Source of the DNA: an uncultured bacterium
GTDB lineage: Bacteria; Patescibacteriota; Minisyncoccia; UBA6257; 2-01-FULL-56-20
Assembly (NCBI GenBank): GCA_963718515.1
Contig: OY970354.1
Location: 566,808-630,807 of the forward strand
Direction of reading: 5' to 3'
DNA length: 64,000 nucleotides
A program made the translations under genes and the position numbers. Shown one piece after another: positions 8,921 to 18,337 of the stretch. The notes beneath the pieces were generated by a model that was given only the letters and a program-made list of their open reading frames with translations, did not search any database and was not told the DNA's origin. How positions within the stretch are numbered: the stretch's first letter is position 1; each line of letters opens with the position of its first letter.

Positions 8921-9307
8921 TTATTTTTTTAGATACGAATCAACGGTGGCAACGAGCGTATCGAGGTCTTCGGTCTTTTTAATATATCCGTCCGCGCCAA
9001 ATCGCTTTGCAAGCGCCTCGTCCGTCTCGGCATCGCCCTGATCACCGAGGCTCGTGAGAAATATTATTTTCGTATACAACGTTTTAGGATCCTTCCGAAG
9101 GGTGGCAAGCACTTCTTCGCCGGTGGTTCCCGGCATTTTTACATCAAGGAGCACGAGGTCAGGTTTTAATTCCTGAACTTTATTGATGCCCTCTTCGCCG
9201 CTCGCAGCGGTCTCGATATGATATCCTGCGGCGCCTAATTTCATGGAAAAAATCTCCCGAAAATCGGCGCTATCGTCAATAATAAGGATGGTTTTTGGTG
9301 AATTCAT
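8921..9307 (-). CDS. stand-alone response regulator receiver domain protein
   Basis: ILIIDDSADF, LVLLDVKMPG (phospho-Asp), FLTSLG, GYIKK. No output domain. Confidence 0.9.
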   Translation of the reverse strand: MNSPKTILIIDDSADFREIFSMKLGAAGYHIETAASGEEGINKVQELKPDLVLLDVKMPGTTGEEVLATLRKDPKTLYTKIIFLTSLGDQGDAETDEALAKRFGADGYIKKTEDLDTLVATVDSYLKK

Positions 9308-9368
9308 AAATAGTATGGCTCAAGTCTAGCATGGTTTATCTATATAAACTAGTGGTATTATACTACAC

Positions 9369-10499
9369 ATGATGCGTCATGGATTCGGGTCAAAGCATCT
9401 CCTGCTTGGTATCGGCGGGGTTTTTTTATGTGCCGTTGCGATTGTGTATTTTGCAACAAGCCGCCCACGCGCGATCGTCGTCGCTGGCGCGGGTGCGACG
9501 CAGACTTCAACCATTGATGCCGCGACCTCCGCGCCGTTGAACATTGCGGCATATGATGCAAAGTTACTCCAGATCGCGAATGTTCCCACGCGTACGATCA
9601 CGGTGACGGTCACGTCGACCATCCCGGGCACGACGACGATCTCACGGACGGAGGTTACCAAAACCGTTTCCATCCCTGATGGATGGCCGGCTAGCACAAC
9701 ATATCCAAATGGCGGCGCGATCCTTCCTTTTAATCGCATCGTCGCCTATTATGGGAATTTTTATTCCACGGCGATGGGGGTGCTCGGACAATATCCTCCG
9801 GACCAGGTACTCCAGATGCTCCAAGGTGTGGTGGCGCAATGGCAAGCCGCAGATCCCACAACGCCCGTCATCCCCGCAATCGATTACATTGCCGTCACGG
9901 CGCAAGGGACTCCCGGCTCCGATGGAAAATATCGCCTGCGGATGCCCGCGAGCCAGATCGAAAAGGCCATCCAAATGGCGGCGCAAGTGAACGGCTTGGT
10001 CTTCCTTGATGTGCAAGTTGCCCAGAGCAATGTGCAAACCGAAATTCCTCTGCTCGAACCATATCTGAAACTTCCACAAGTGGAGCTCGCGCTTGATCCG
10101 GAATTTTCCATAAAGAACGGCGCGGTGCCGGACAGCGAGATTGGAACGATGGATGCGAGCGACATCAACTTCGCCGCGAACTATTTGGCTAACCTCGTCA
10201 CGCAGTATAATTTGCCGCCAAAGATACTCGTCGTGCATCGATTCACATTGGATATGGTGACAAACTATAAAGAGATAATGCCACTCCCGCAGGTGCAGAT
10301 CGTGATGGACATGGATGGATGGGGTTCCCAGGCAAAGAAGATTAACACGTATGAGACGGTCATTGCGAGCGAGCCCGTACAATTCACCGGATTCAAGCTG
10401 TTCTATAAGAACGATCTTCTTCCGCCAAGCACGGGCATGCTCACGCCGCAACAAATATTGCAATTAAGCCCCCAACCGTCATTTATTCAGTATCAATAG
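9369..10499 (+). CDS. exported/anchored protein, unknown function
   Basis: N-terminal helix LLLGIGGVFLCAVAIVYFA followed by a 330-aa globular region. TGGTATTAT lies 7 nt upstream of the ATG. Confidence 0.6.
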   Translation: MMRHGFGSKHLLLGIGGVFLCAVAIVYFATSRPRAIVVAGAGATQTSTIDAATSAPLNIAAYDAKLLQIANVPTRTITVTVTSTIPGTTTISRTEVTKTVSIPDGWPASTTYPNGGAILPFNRIVAYYGNFYSTAMGVLGQYPPDQVLQMLQGVVAQWQAADPTTPVIPAIDYIAVTAQGTPGSDGKYRLRMPASQIEKAIQMAAQVNGLVFLDVQVAQSNVQTEIPLLEPYLKLPQVELALDPEFSIKNGAVPDSEIGTMDASDINFAANYLANLVTQYNLPPKILVVHRFTLDMVTNYKEIMPLPQVQIVMDMDGWGSQAKKINTYETVIASEPVQFTGFKLFYKNDLLPPSTGMLTPQQILQLSPQPSFIQYQ

Positions 10500-10501
10500 A
10501 A

Positions 10502-11602
10502 ATGGAAAAATCTTCACGTTTCGCGGGAGTGCGGGATTGGTATAAAAAGTTTGAGACGCCAATCTCTTCGCTCTCGCTCATCGGCGGTTTCGTTTTTGAC
10601 GCGCTCACGCTCACGCGCGTGGATCAGTTCTGGGAAAATTTTTGGGTGGGTGCGCATCTTCTCATCGTCGCCACCTGCATCATATTCATCAACGTGGTCG
10701 AGAATAAGGGGTCGGATGAGGCGGATCCGGAGCGGCTTCACTTTTGGCTCGTGAATGTTCTTCAATTCTTTTTTGGCGGACTGTTGAGCACCTACCTGGT
10801 ATTTTATTTTCGTAGCGGAACGATCGCCGTCAGCTGGCCGTTCTTCTTGGTGCTCGCGGCGGCATTTATTGCAAATGAGCGTTTAAAACGGCACTATGAA
10901 CGGCTCACCTTCCAGATATGTATCCTATTCCTTTCTATCTTATTATTTTCAATCTATATTGTTCCCGTACTCGTCCATGCGATCGGCCCGACGATCTTTA
11001 TCATAAGTACCATCCTCGGCTTTATCGTCTTGTTATGTTTCCTTCTAATCCTACGATACGCTTCGCGTGAAAATTTTAAAAAGAGCAGGATTCCGCTGTT
11101 TTTCTCCATCGCTACAATATTCATTGGAATCAATGCACTTTATTTTTTTGACCTCATCCCGCCGATCCCTCTTTCACTAAAAGACGCGGGTATCTATCAG
11201 ACCTTCATCGTGAACGGGCCCGGGAATTATACGGTTGGATACGAAGACCAGGGATTGTTTGGCTTCCTCAATCCTTCTCAAACGGTGCAGATCACTGCCG
11301 GGACTCCACTGTACGCCTATAGCGCCATATTCTCGCCTGCATCGTTTGCCACAAAGATCGCGCACGAATGGCAATACTACGACCCGGCCGCGGGCAAGTG
11401 GGTTACGCGCGACACTATAGATCTTTCTGTCGTGGGTGGGAATGACGGTGGCTATCGGACGTTTTCCGAGGTGGGTGACATCACTCCCGGCAAATGGCGC
11501 GTGAATATAGAAACTCTCCGGGGCCAGGTGATCGGCCGGCTTGCGTTTGATGTGGTCATCGTGGATACCCCGCCATCGCTCGATATAAAAAATATAGATT
11601 AA
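10502..11602 (+). CDS. polytopic membrane protein with a C-terminal beta domain (DUF2914-like, from memory)
   Basis: About 7 TM segments. The C-terminus reads HEWQYYDPAAGKWVTRD...GGYRTFSEV...GKWRVNIETLRGQVIGRLAFDV. Confidence 0.55.
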   Translation: MEKSSRFAGVRDWYKKFETPISSLSLIGGFVFDALTLTRVDQFWENFWVGAHLLIVATCIIFINVVENKGSDEADPERLHFWLVNVLQFFFGGLLSTYLVFYFRSGTIAVSWPFFLVLAAAFIANERLKRHYERLTFQICILFLSILLFSIYIVPVLVHAIGPTIFIISTILGFIVLLCFLLILRYASRENFKKSRIPLFFSIATIFIGINALYFFDLIPPIPLSLKDAGIYQTFIVNGPGNYTVGYEDQGLFGFLNPSQTVQITAGTPLYAYSAIFSPASFATKIAHEWQYYDPAAGKWVTRDTIDLSVVGGNDGGYRTFSEVGDITPGKWRVNIETLRGQVIGRLAFDVVIVDTPPSLDIKNID

Positions 11603-11621
11603 AAATCTATTAACTATTATT

Positions 11622-12128
11622 ATGCTTACTCCGCCAAAGCGCCGCTGGACCCGTTCGCAGATGCCGGATACGGGACCGGTTTACCTTACTCCGGAGGGCA
11701 TCAAGCGGCTCAAAGACCGGCTTGCGCGGCTAAAAAAAGACCTTCCCGGATTCGCGGAGGAAGCCGCGCGCACCGCGGCATACGGCGACCGTTCCGACAG
11801 TTCGGAATATAAAGAGGCAAAAGGAATCTTGCGTCGCACTCACCGTCAGATATTTGCTATAGAAGATCAGCTCAAGCGCGTGGTCGCTATCCCCTCCGGC
11901 GCGGGTGCTGAAGGAACGGTCCGGTTGGGATGCACGGTAAAAGTGGAATCGAAAGGCGTGATGAAAACCTTCCGCATACTTGGATCGCAGGAGACCAATC
12001 CGGGCAGAGGGCGCATTTCCCACGTTTCTCCGCTCGGCGTGGCGCTCCTCGGTCATGGCAAAGGCGATCTCGTGCACATAAAAACCCCGAACGGCGAAAA
12101 AGAATATAAAATAATAGAGGTTATATAG
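11622..12128 (+). CDS. greA: transcription elongation factor GreA
   Basis: Coiled-coil N-domain with the acidic tip AAYGDRSDSSEYKEAK. The C-terminal domain reads RISHVSPLGVALLGHGKGD. Confidence 0.85.
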   Translation: MLTPPKRRWTRSQMPDTGPVYLTPEGIKRLKDRLARLKKDLPGFAEEAARTAAYGDRSDSSEYKEAKGILRRTHRQIFAIEDQLKRVVAIPSGAGAEGTVRLGCTVKVESKGVMKTFRILGSQETNPGRGRISHVSPLGVALLGHGKGDLVHIKTPNGEKEYKIIEVI

Positions 12129-12290
12129 CTAAAATAATACGGCGGCATGGTGGTGCCGCCGTCTTGCGTTACTTCTGTTGTCTCGATGGCGTACCGGTGG
12201 ATCAAAGCCCATGAGGTAGGATGAGCTGGTAAAGTCGTCGCTCTCCCATTCCTCACGTTCAAATCCAAAGTCATCCAATTCTAGATTCAT
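12129..12290 (-). CDS. candidate small acidic protein (53 aa)
   Basis: AAGGAG lies 8 nt upstream of the ATG at 12290. Product MNLELDDFGFEREEWESDDF... TAG stop at 12129-12131. Below the ORF-track size cutoff. Confidence 0.3.
   Translation of the reverse strand: MNLELDDFGFEREEWESDDFTSSSYLMGFDPPVRHRDNRSNARRRHHHAAVLF
12139..12162 (+). terminator. hairpin downstream of greA
   Basis: ACGGCGGCA-tggtgg-TGCCGCCGT, a 9-bp stem. The U-tract after it is weak. Confidence 0.4.
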
Positions 12291-12358
12291 TTCCTGTCTC
12301 CTTTTTATATCCTATACAACACTTCCAAATATCACAAGCTTGCGGTACAATCAAGCGC

Positions 12359-13468
12359 ATGGAAAAAACGTATACGAAGCTCAAGAAGCTGAGCAATAAA
12401 AATGGCGACATTGAGTTCCAGGCGGAGGTGCCCGTAGAGATTCTCGACGCAGGCGTGCTCGCGGCACTCGCAGGAATCGCCGAAAATTTCAGCCTGCCGG
12501 GCTTCCGCACGGGCAAAGTGCCGCACGAGAAAGTGCGCGAGCATGTCGGCGAAATGGAGCTTTTAGAGAGTGCCGCGAATGATGCCGTGCGTGACGCCAT
12601 GGCCGAGATCGCAACCGATGAAAAGCTTGATGTGATCGGCCGACCGCAGGTCATCATCACAAAGATCGCGCCGAAAAATCCGCTCGAGTTCAAAATCCGC
12701 TATGCGCTCATGCCGGATATTTCCCTTCCCGACTATAAGAAGATCGGTAAAGCTATTTTTGAGCGCAAAGATCCCACGGACGTTACGGAAAAGGAGATCG
12801 ATGAGGCGATCGAGCGGATCCAGAAAGTGTTCATCGCGCCGGGCGTTACGGATCCGTCACCCACGGGCGGTGCCACTCCAAAAGACGTGCCCGCTCCCCC
12901 ACTCACTGACGAAACAGTGAAACAATTCGGCAATTTTGCCACGGTCGCTGATTTCCGGGCCGAACTCAAGCGCCAACTCGAGCAAGAAAAGACATTGCAT
13001 ATGAAGGATGGACGCCGCGAAGAGATCATAAAAGAGATTGTTAAGCATACAAAAATAAAAGTGCCGCCTTTGCTTGTGGACCAGGAGCTCTATGAATTTT
13101 TGGCCGACCGGGATGAACAGTTAAAAACCGCAGGACTCACGCTTGAGGCCTATCTTAAACAGATCGGCAAAACTGCCGAAGCATTGGAGAAGGATGAGCG
13201 AAAGTTAATAGAAGATGACCTAACGATGAGCTTGACCGTTCAGGCGATCAGAAAAAAAGAGAATATCGTGGCCGAGGATCGCGATATCCATATATTGATC
13301 GCAAAATTAAAACTTCGCTATCCGGAGCGCAGTGAAAAAGAGTTGCATCGCACCGCCGAGGCGATGATCGTCCAGGAGAAGCTGTTCTCGGTCCTGGAAG
13401 GCGTTCCGGTGGCGGATGTCACGAAGAAAGATTCTGCAATGGAAACAGTAGTAACTGATGGAGTCTAA
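12359..13468 (+). CDS. tig: trigger factor lacking the PPIase (FKBP) domain
   Basis: Ribosome-binding motif LPGFRTGKVP. The N- and C-domains align to E. coli TF from memory. The middle domain is replaced by a Pro-rich linker. Confidence 0.8.
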   Translation: MEKTYTKLKKLSNKNGDIEFQAEVPVEILDAGVLAALAGIAENFSLPGFRTGKVPHEKVREHVGEMELLESAANDAVRDAMAEIATDEKLDVIGRPQVIITKIAPKNPLEFKIRYALMPDISLPDYKKIGKAIFERKDPTDVTEKEIDEAIERIQKVFIAPGVTDPSPTGGATPKDVPAPPLTDETVKQFGNFATVADFRAELKRQLEQEKTLHMKDGRREEIIKEIVKHTKIKVPPLLVDQELYEFLADRDEQLKTAGLTLEAYLKQIGKTAEALEKDERKLIEDDLTMSLTVQAIRKKENIVAEDRDIHILIAKLKLRYPERSEKELHRTAEAMIVQEKLFSVLEGVPVADVTKKDSAMETVVTDGV

Positions 13469-13480
13469 CAATAACGAACC

Positions 13481-14191
13481 ATGGAAATAAAAAATAAAGT
13501 AATAATAGTGACGGGCGCATCGGACGGCATCGGCAAGGCCATAGCGGAAAAATTGGCGGGAGCGGGGGCAAAGGTGGTACTCGCCGCGCGCTCGGATGAC
13601 AAGCTCGCCGCGCTTGCGCATGAGCTTCCGGGTTCCATTGCCGTTCATGCCGATATGAGCAATCAGGCCGACATCAGGAATTTGATCGACCGGACAATGG
13701 CGATCGACGGCCGCATCGATGTGTTGATCAACAATGCCGCGCACGGCATGTATGGACCGGTTGAATCCATCGATATCGACAAGTATAAACAGATGATGAA
13801 CTTGAATTTGTACGGACCGCTCTACGCAATGCAACTCGCGATCCCCCACATGCGTGCGCAGGGCCATGGCATGATCCTTAATATCAGTTCACGCGTTTCG
13901 AAAAATTACTTTTCCAACCTCGCGGCATATGCTTCCACAAAATATGCTCTTAACGCAATCTCGCTCACCGCGCGCGCGGAACTCAAAAAAGATAATATCA
14001 TCGTGAGTGTCTTCCATCCCAAAATGACGGCGACGAGTTTCGGCAAAAATGCCGTCAATGCCGATCCGGCGACGCGCGAGGCATATGCCGAACGGGCACG
14101 GGCATCCGGCATGGAGGTGGACACCGCGGAACAGGTTGCGGATGCCGTCCTTAAGCAGATCGTATCAGAAGACGCGGAGGCGCAGATGTAG
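13481..14191 (+). CDS. short-chain dehydrogenase/reductase (SDR)
   Basis: TGASDGIGKAIA cofactor motif, NNAA motif and the catalytic YASTKYA (YxxxK) motif. Confidence 0.9.
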   Translation: MEIKNKVIIVTGASDGIGKAIAEKLAGAGAKVVLAARSDDKLAALAHELPGSIAVHADMSNQADIRNLIDRTMAIDGRIDVLINNAAHGMYGPVESIDIDKYKQMMNLNLYGPLYAMQLAIPHMRAQGHGMILNISSRVSKNYFSNLAAYASTKYALNAISLTARAELKKDNIIVSVFHPKMTATSFGKNAVNADPATREAYAERARASGMEVDTAEQVADAVLKQIVSEDAEAQM

Positions 14192-14206
14192 TAGGATGGA
14201 GAGGCA

Positions 14207-15169
14207 ATGTTAATAGATGACGTCAGTATTCGCATCTCGGCGGGACACGGAGGCAAAGGCTCCGTGGCTTTTAATAAAACTTTAATGAGTCTTGGGCCTG
14301 CCGGTGGAAAGGGCGGCCACGGCGGAAATGTGTATATGGAAGGCGTTTCCGACCTCTCGGCGCTCGGGCAGTTCAGGTTCAAAAAAGAATTTGCGGCGGA
14401 AGATGGTCTCTATGGCCGCGATCAATTCCGCGATGGCCATGATGGCAAAGACCTTATTTTAAAAGTGCCCGTCGGGACGATCGCACATAATCTTACGACC
14501 GGTGAGGATATTGAGATTGAACATGTGGCCCAGCGCGTCCTCATCGCCAAGGGCGGCAATGGCGGTAAGGGTAATTTTCTTTTCCGGTCTTCTCGCAACA
14601 CGACGCCCAAACAATTCCAGCCGGGACTTCCCGGAGAATCATTCGAATTCCGCCTGGAACTGAAATTCATTGCCGACGTTGGATTTGTCGGTTTGCCAAA
14701 CGTGGGCAAATCAAGCCTGTTGAATGAATTAACCAACGCAAAGAGCAAAGTGGCAAACTATGCTTTTACTACGCTCGAACCATATCTTGGCACTTATTAT
14801 GAGCTGATCCTTGCCGACATCCCGGGATTGATCGAGGGGTCTTCGGGTGGCAAAGGGCTTGGCACAAAATTCTTGCGCCATATCGAGCGGACAAAAACGA
14901 TCTTCCATTTTGTCTCGGCGGAATCCCCTACTCCGGTCGAGGATTATGATACGATCCGCACGGAACTCGGCACGTATAGCAAGACACTCCTTAAAAAGCC
15001 CGAATATTTATTTTTGACAAAATCAGATGTCGTGGACGCAAAGGAATTGAAAACGAAACTGGCGGCACTTAAAAAAATAAACACTAAAGCGATCGCAATT
15101 TCCATCATCGACGATGAGAGCATCAATAAAGTGCAAAAGATATTGAATGGTATCCAGGCGAATAAATAG
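14207..15169 (+). CDS. obg: GTPase Obg (no C-terminal TGS/extension domain)
   Basis: Gly-rich Obg fold (GGKGGHGGN, GGNGGKGN), G1 GLPNVGKSSLLN, G3 DIPGLIEG, G4 TKSD. Confidence 0.9.
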   Translation: MLIDDVSIRISAGHGGKGSVAFNKTLMSLGPAGGKGGHGGNVYMEGVSDLSALGQFRFKKEFAAEDGLYGRDQFRDGHDGKDLILKVPVGTIAHNLTTGEDIEIEHVAQRVLIAKGGNGGKGNFLFRSSRNTTPKQFQPGLPGESFEFRLELKFIADVGFVGLPNVGKSSLLNELTNAKSKVANYAFTTLEPYLGTYYELILADIPGLIEGSSGGKGLGTKFLRHIERTKTIFHFVSAESPTPVEDYDTIRTELGTYSKTLLKKPEYLFLTKSDVVDAKELKTKLAALKKINTKAIAISIIDDESINKVQKILNGIQANK

Positions 15170-15231
15170 CTGTACGGAAGATTAAAAATAGGTTATATTA
15201 TCTAGACAACGCGCCAACACGCGTTCTTATT

Positions 15232-16684
15232 ATGTCTAACAACGAAGTGATTCTCCGGTTTAATGATGTGTCGTTCGAGTATGGAAAGAAGCCCATTTTA
15301 CACGAGGCCACGTTTTCCGTGCGCCGCGGGGCTAAGATCACCCTGATGGGGCAAAATGGTGCCGGCAAGAGCACGATGTTCCAACTCATCCTCGGAAACA
15401 TCGTGACGGAACAAGGCAACGTCATTGTGGAAAAAGGATTGACGATGGCCATCGCGAAGCAGGTCATCCCGCGCGCCGAGCTGGACTCGACGGTGCTCCA
15501 ATTTTTTGAGAACGCGTTCCCCAAAAAGGTGTACGACATTGAGCCGCGCATAAAGAAAGTCCTCGAGGTGGTGAATCTCGTGGCCCCGCTCGATCGCGCA
15601 CTCAAGAGTTTTTCCGGCGGACAACAGGCGCGACTTCTTCTCGCACACGCCCTCATCCAAGACCCCGACATGCTCCTGCTTGACGAGCCGACCAATAATC
15701 TGGACAAGGCCGGCATCGAACATCTCACCAAATTTATCATCGATTCCAAAAAGACCTGCATCGTCATTTCTCACGACGCCGACTTCTTGAACTCATTCAC
15801 GCAAGGCGTGCTCTATTTGGACGTCTTTACCAAGAAGATCGAGCAGTACACTGGCAATTATTTTGACGTATTGAAAGAGATCACCGCGCGGCTTGAGCGC
15901 GAGCGCATGAAGAACGTGCGCCTCCAGCGCGACATCATTCACCGCAAAGAACAGATGAACTTCTTTGCACAAAAAGGCGGCCACATGCGCGACGTTGCCC
16001 GTAAGATGAACGAAAAGATCGAGGAACTCGAGGAAGAAGTCGTGGAGGTCCGCCAGGAAGACAGGACGATCCGCGGATTTGTCATCCCTTGCCAGGAAGA
16101 TATCAGCGGCCGCATCCTTGAGCTCACGTCGGTGAACGTCATCAGGAATCATAAACCGGCGGCAAAGAAAGTTGACTATCGCGCTCAAAAAAGGCGAGCG
16201 CTTGCACTTGGTAGGGCCGAACGGTATCGGAAAGACCACATTGCTTGAAGCGCTCGCGACCGGCCATGCAAAGGGCGAGCTCGTTGAACCGGGAATCCGC
16301 ATCGGCTATTATCGCCAGGATTTTTCCACACTCGATTTTGAGGCGACGGTTTGGGATACGCTCGCTCGCGCCATGCGCGAAGGCGATCAGGATCGATTGC
16401 GCTCCACCGCCGCAGGATTCCTGCTCGACGCGGACCTGCTTCGCGCGCGGATCGGCGCGCTCTCCGAAGGCCAGAAGGGCCTCGTCGCTTTTGCAAAACT
16501 ATCACTTGAGGCGCCGGGCCTCCTCATTCTCGATGAGCCGACGAACCACATCAACTTCCGCCATATTCCGGTCATCGCAAAAGCCCTCGACCGCTATGAA
16601 GGCGCCATGATCCTCGTGAGTCACGTCCCGGACTTTGTGAAGCAGATAAAGATCGATTACACGCTCGATTTGGCGGCGTTATAG
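15232..16684 (+). pseudogene. ABC-F family ATPase interrupted by a +1 frameshift near 16165-16172
   Basis: Domain 1: GQNGAGKST, FSGGQQARL, LLLDEPTNNLD (frame of 15232). Domain 2: GPNGIGKTTLL, LSEGQKGLV, LILDEPTNHINF (frame of 16172). Homology switches frame at AAKK|LTIALKKGERL. Confidence 0.7.
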
Positions 16685-16753
16685 ATAATATAAACACGAT
16701 GGGCGGACATCTTCCGTAGAAATTGCATACCGCCAGCCACTACTGAATCCAGT

Positions 16754-17140
16754 TTAGCTTTCTTTCTTCTCCAGCTCCAAACACACCGAGTTGATGCAAT
16801 ATCGCTTGCCGCCTTTGTCTTCTGGGCCGTCGTCGAAAACGTGTCCAAGATGCGCACCGCAGGTTTTGCAGATCACTTCGGTACGCTTCATGCCGTAGCT
16901 TGAATCGGTTTTCAATTCGACGTTCGCCAGATTGGCAGGTTCGGTAAAGCTCGGCCAGCCAGTGCCGGAATCGAATTTGGTGTCGGACGAGAATAGTTCC
17001 GTGCCACACACCGCGCACTTATACATACCCTTCGAATGCTCGTTCCAATATTTTCCTTTGAACGCGCCTTCAGTGCCGCCTTCGCGTGCAACGTGATAGA
17101 GCTCCGGCGATTCCTTTTTGAGTTCTTCGTCTGATTTCAT
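16754..17140 (-). CDS. msrB: peptide-methionine (R)-S-oxide reductase MsrB
   Basis: CAVCGTELF...GTGWPSF...[12 protein letters not shown], i.e. the Zn-Cys pairs plus the catalytic motif. Confidence 0.95.
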   Translation of the reverse strand: MKSDEELKKESPELYHVAREGGTEGAFKGKYWNEHSKGMYKCAVCGTELFSSDTKFDSGTGWPSFTEPANLANVELKTDSSYGMKRTEVICKTCGAHLGHVFDDGPEDKGGKRYCINSVCLELEKKES

Positions 17141-17144
17141 ATTT

Positions 17145-17681
17145 TTAATTTTTTAATAATGTTTTAAATTTCTCCTGCATCTTTTGGACTTTCGGCTCGA
17201 TGATCACCTGGCAATATCCCTGCTCGGGATGATTTTTGAAATACTGCCGGTGATAATCTTCCGCATCATAGAATTCGCCGAGCGGTATGACCTCCGTGAC
17301 GATCGGTTTACCGCCGGGATCGGATGCCGTGAGGTCGGCGATGAACTTCTCGGCGTCGGCTTTTTGTTCCGGCGTGGAATAAAAGATGGCCGAGCGATAC
17401 TGCGTGCCGACATCATTCCCTTGCCGATTGAGCGTCGTCGGATCATGCGTGGCAAAAAATACGGTTAAAAGATCTTTAAATGATATTTGACTTGGATCGA
17501 ATTCCACGCGCGTCGCTTCCGCATGGCCTGTCGTGCCGGTGCACACGGCGTCATAGCTCGGATTCTTGACGGTGCCACCGGTATAGCCCGGCATTACCGA
17601 AACCACACCGCGCAATTCTTCGAACACCGCCTCCGTACACCAGAAGCATCCGCCGCCGAATACCGCAATTTCATTTTTCAT
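17145..17681 (-). CDS. msrA: peptide-methionine (S)-S-oxide reductase MsrA
   Basis: [12 protein letters not shown] active-site motif. Confidence 0.95.
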   Translation of the reverse strand: MKNEIAVFGGGCFWCTEAVFEELRGVVSVMPGYTGGTVKNPSYDAVCTGTTGHAEATRVEFDPSQISFKDLLTVFFATHDPTTLNRQGNDVGTQYRSAIFYSTPEQKADAEKFIADLTASDPGGKPIVTEVIPLGEFYDAEDYHRQYFKNHPEQGYCQVIIEPKVQKMQEKFKTLLKN

Positions 17682-18307
17682 GTTAGTGGATGTTCTTTTA
17701 GAAGATTTGCATAATACACGAGATTTTTTGCCATCACGCCCGTCATGTGCGGCGTTGCCTTATTCTTTAAGCGCCGCTCGCGATCGGTCTTTGGATCCTC
17801 GCCGACCTCGCCTACCCAATATGCCGCGCACTGCGGCGGGAGCGTAAAGTTCATAAACGTCAGCACCTCCATAATGCCGGCAAGCGTCGCCTGCGCGCCA
17901 TCCTCACTGCCTGTGATCACGACGCCTGCCACTTTATTCAAAAGCTCGGCGCGGCCGCCGGCGATTACCTCTTCATCGAATGCATCGAGGCGCTCTATCA
18001 CGCGTTGCATCAAGCTTGAGCGGCCGCCCCACCAGATCGGCGTGGCAAATATGACGATGTTCGCCTTGCGGATCTTGTCCACGATCGCGGGCCATTCATC
18101 GCCATCGCCTTCATTGAATCCCAGACCCACGGGAATATTTTTGTCCGCGAGCCGGACGATCTCCGATCGTATCGTTGCCTGTTTAAGGTCCTCCATATTT
18201 TTAATGAGCATCTGCGCGACCTCTTCGGTATTCGAAACCTCCCCGCCCTGGTGTTTAAGGGATGCATTCAAAACCAGGACATTAAGTTCGTTTTGCATTT
18301 GATCCAT
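17678..18307 (-). CDS. flavodoxin-like NAD(P)H-dependent FMN reductase family protein
   Basis: VLNASLKH...IVIFATPIWWGGRSSLMQRVIERLD. 4-nt overlap with the msrA start. Confidence 0.7.
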   Translation of the reverse strand: MDQMQNELNVLVLNASLKHQGGEVSNTEEVAQMLIKNMEDLKQATIRSEIVRLADKNIPVGLGFNEGDGDEWPAIVDKIRKANIVIFATPIWWGGRSSLMQRVIERLDAFDEEVIAGGRAELLNKVAGVVITGSEDGAQATLAGIMEVLTFMNFTLPPQCAAYWVGEVGEDPKTDRERRLKNKATPHMTGVMAKNLVYYANLLKEHPLT

Positions 18308-18337
18308 ATTATTTATGATTCTTAATATTGTTTTCGC

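Noticed and set aside
9642-10463. 273-aa minus-strand ORF.
   Set aside because: It is antisense to the 376-aa exported protein, which has a proper N-terminal helix and promoter. The product is Arg/His-rich.
13307-13867. 186-aa minus-strand ORF spanning the tig/SDR junction.
   Set aside because: It crosses two well-supported plus-strand genes and carries no motifs.
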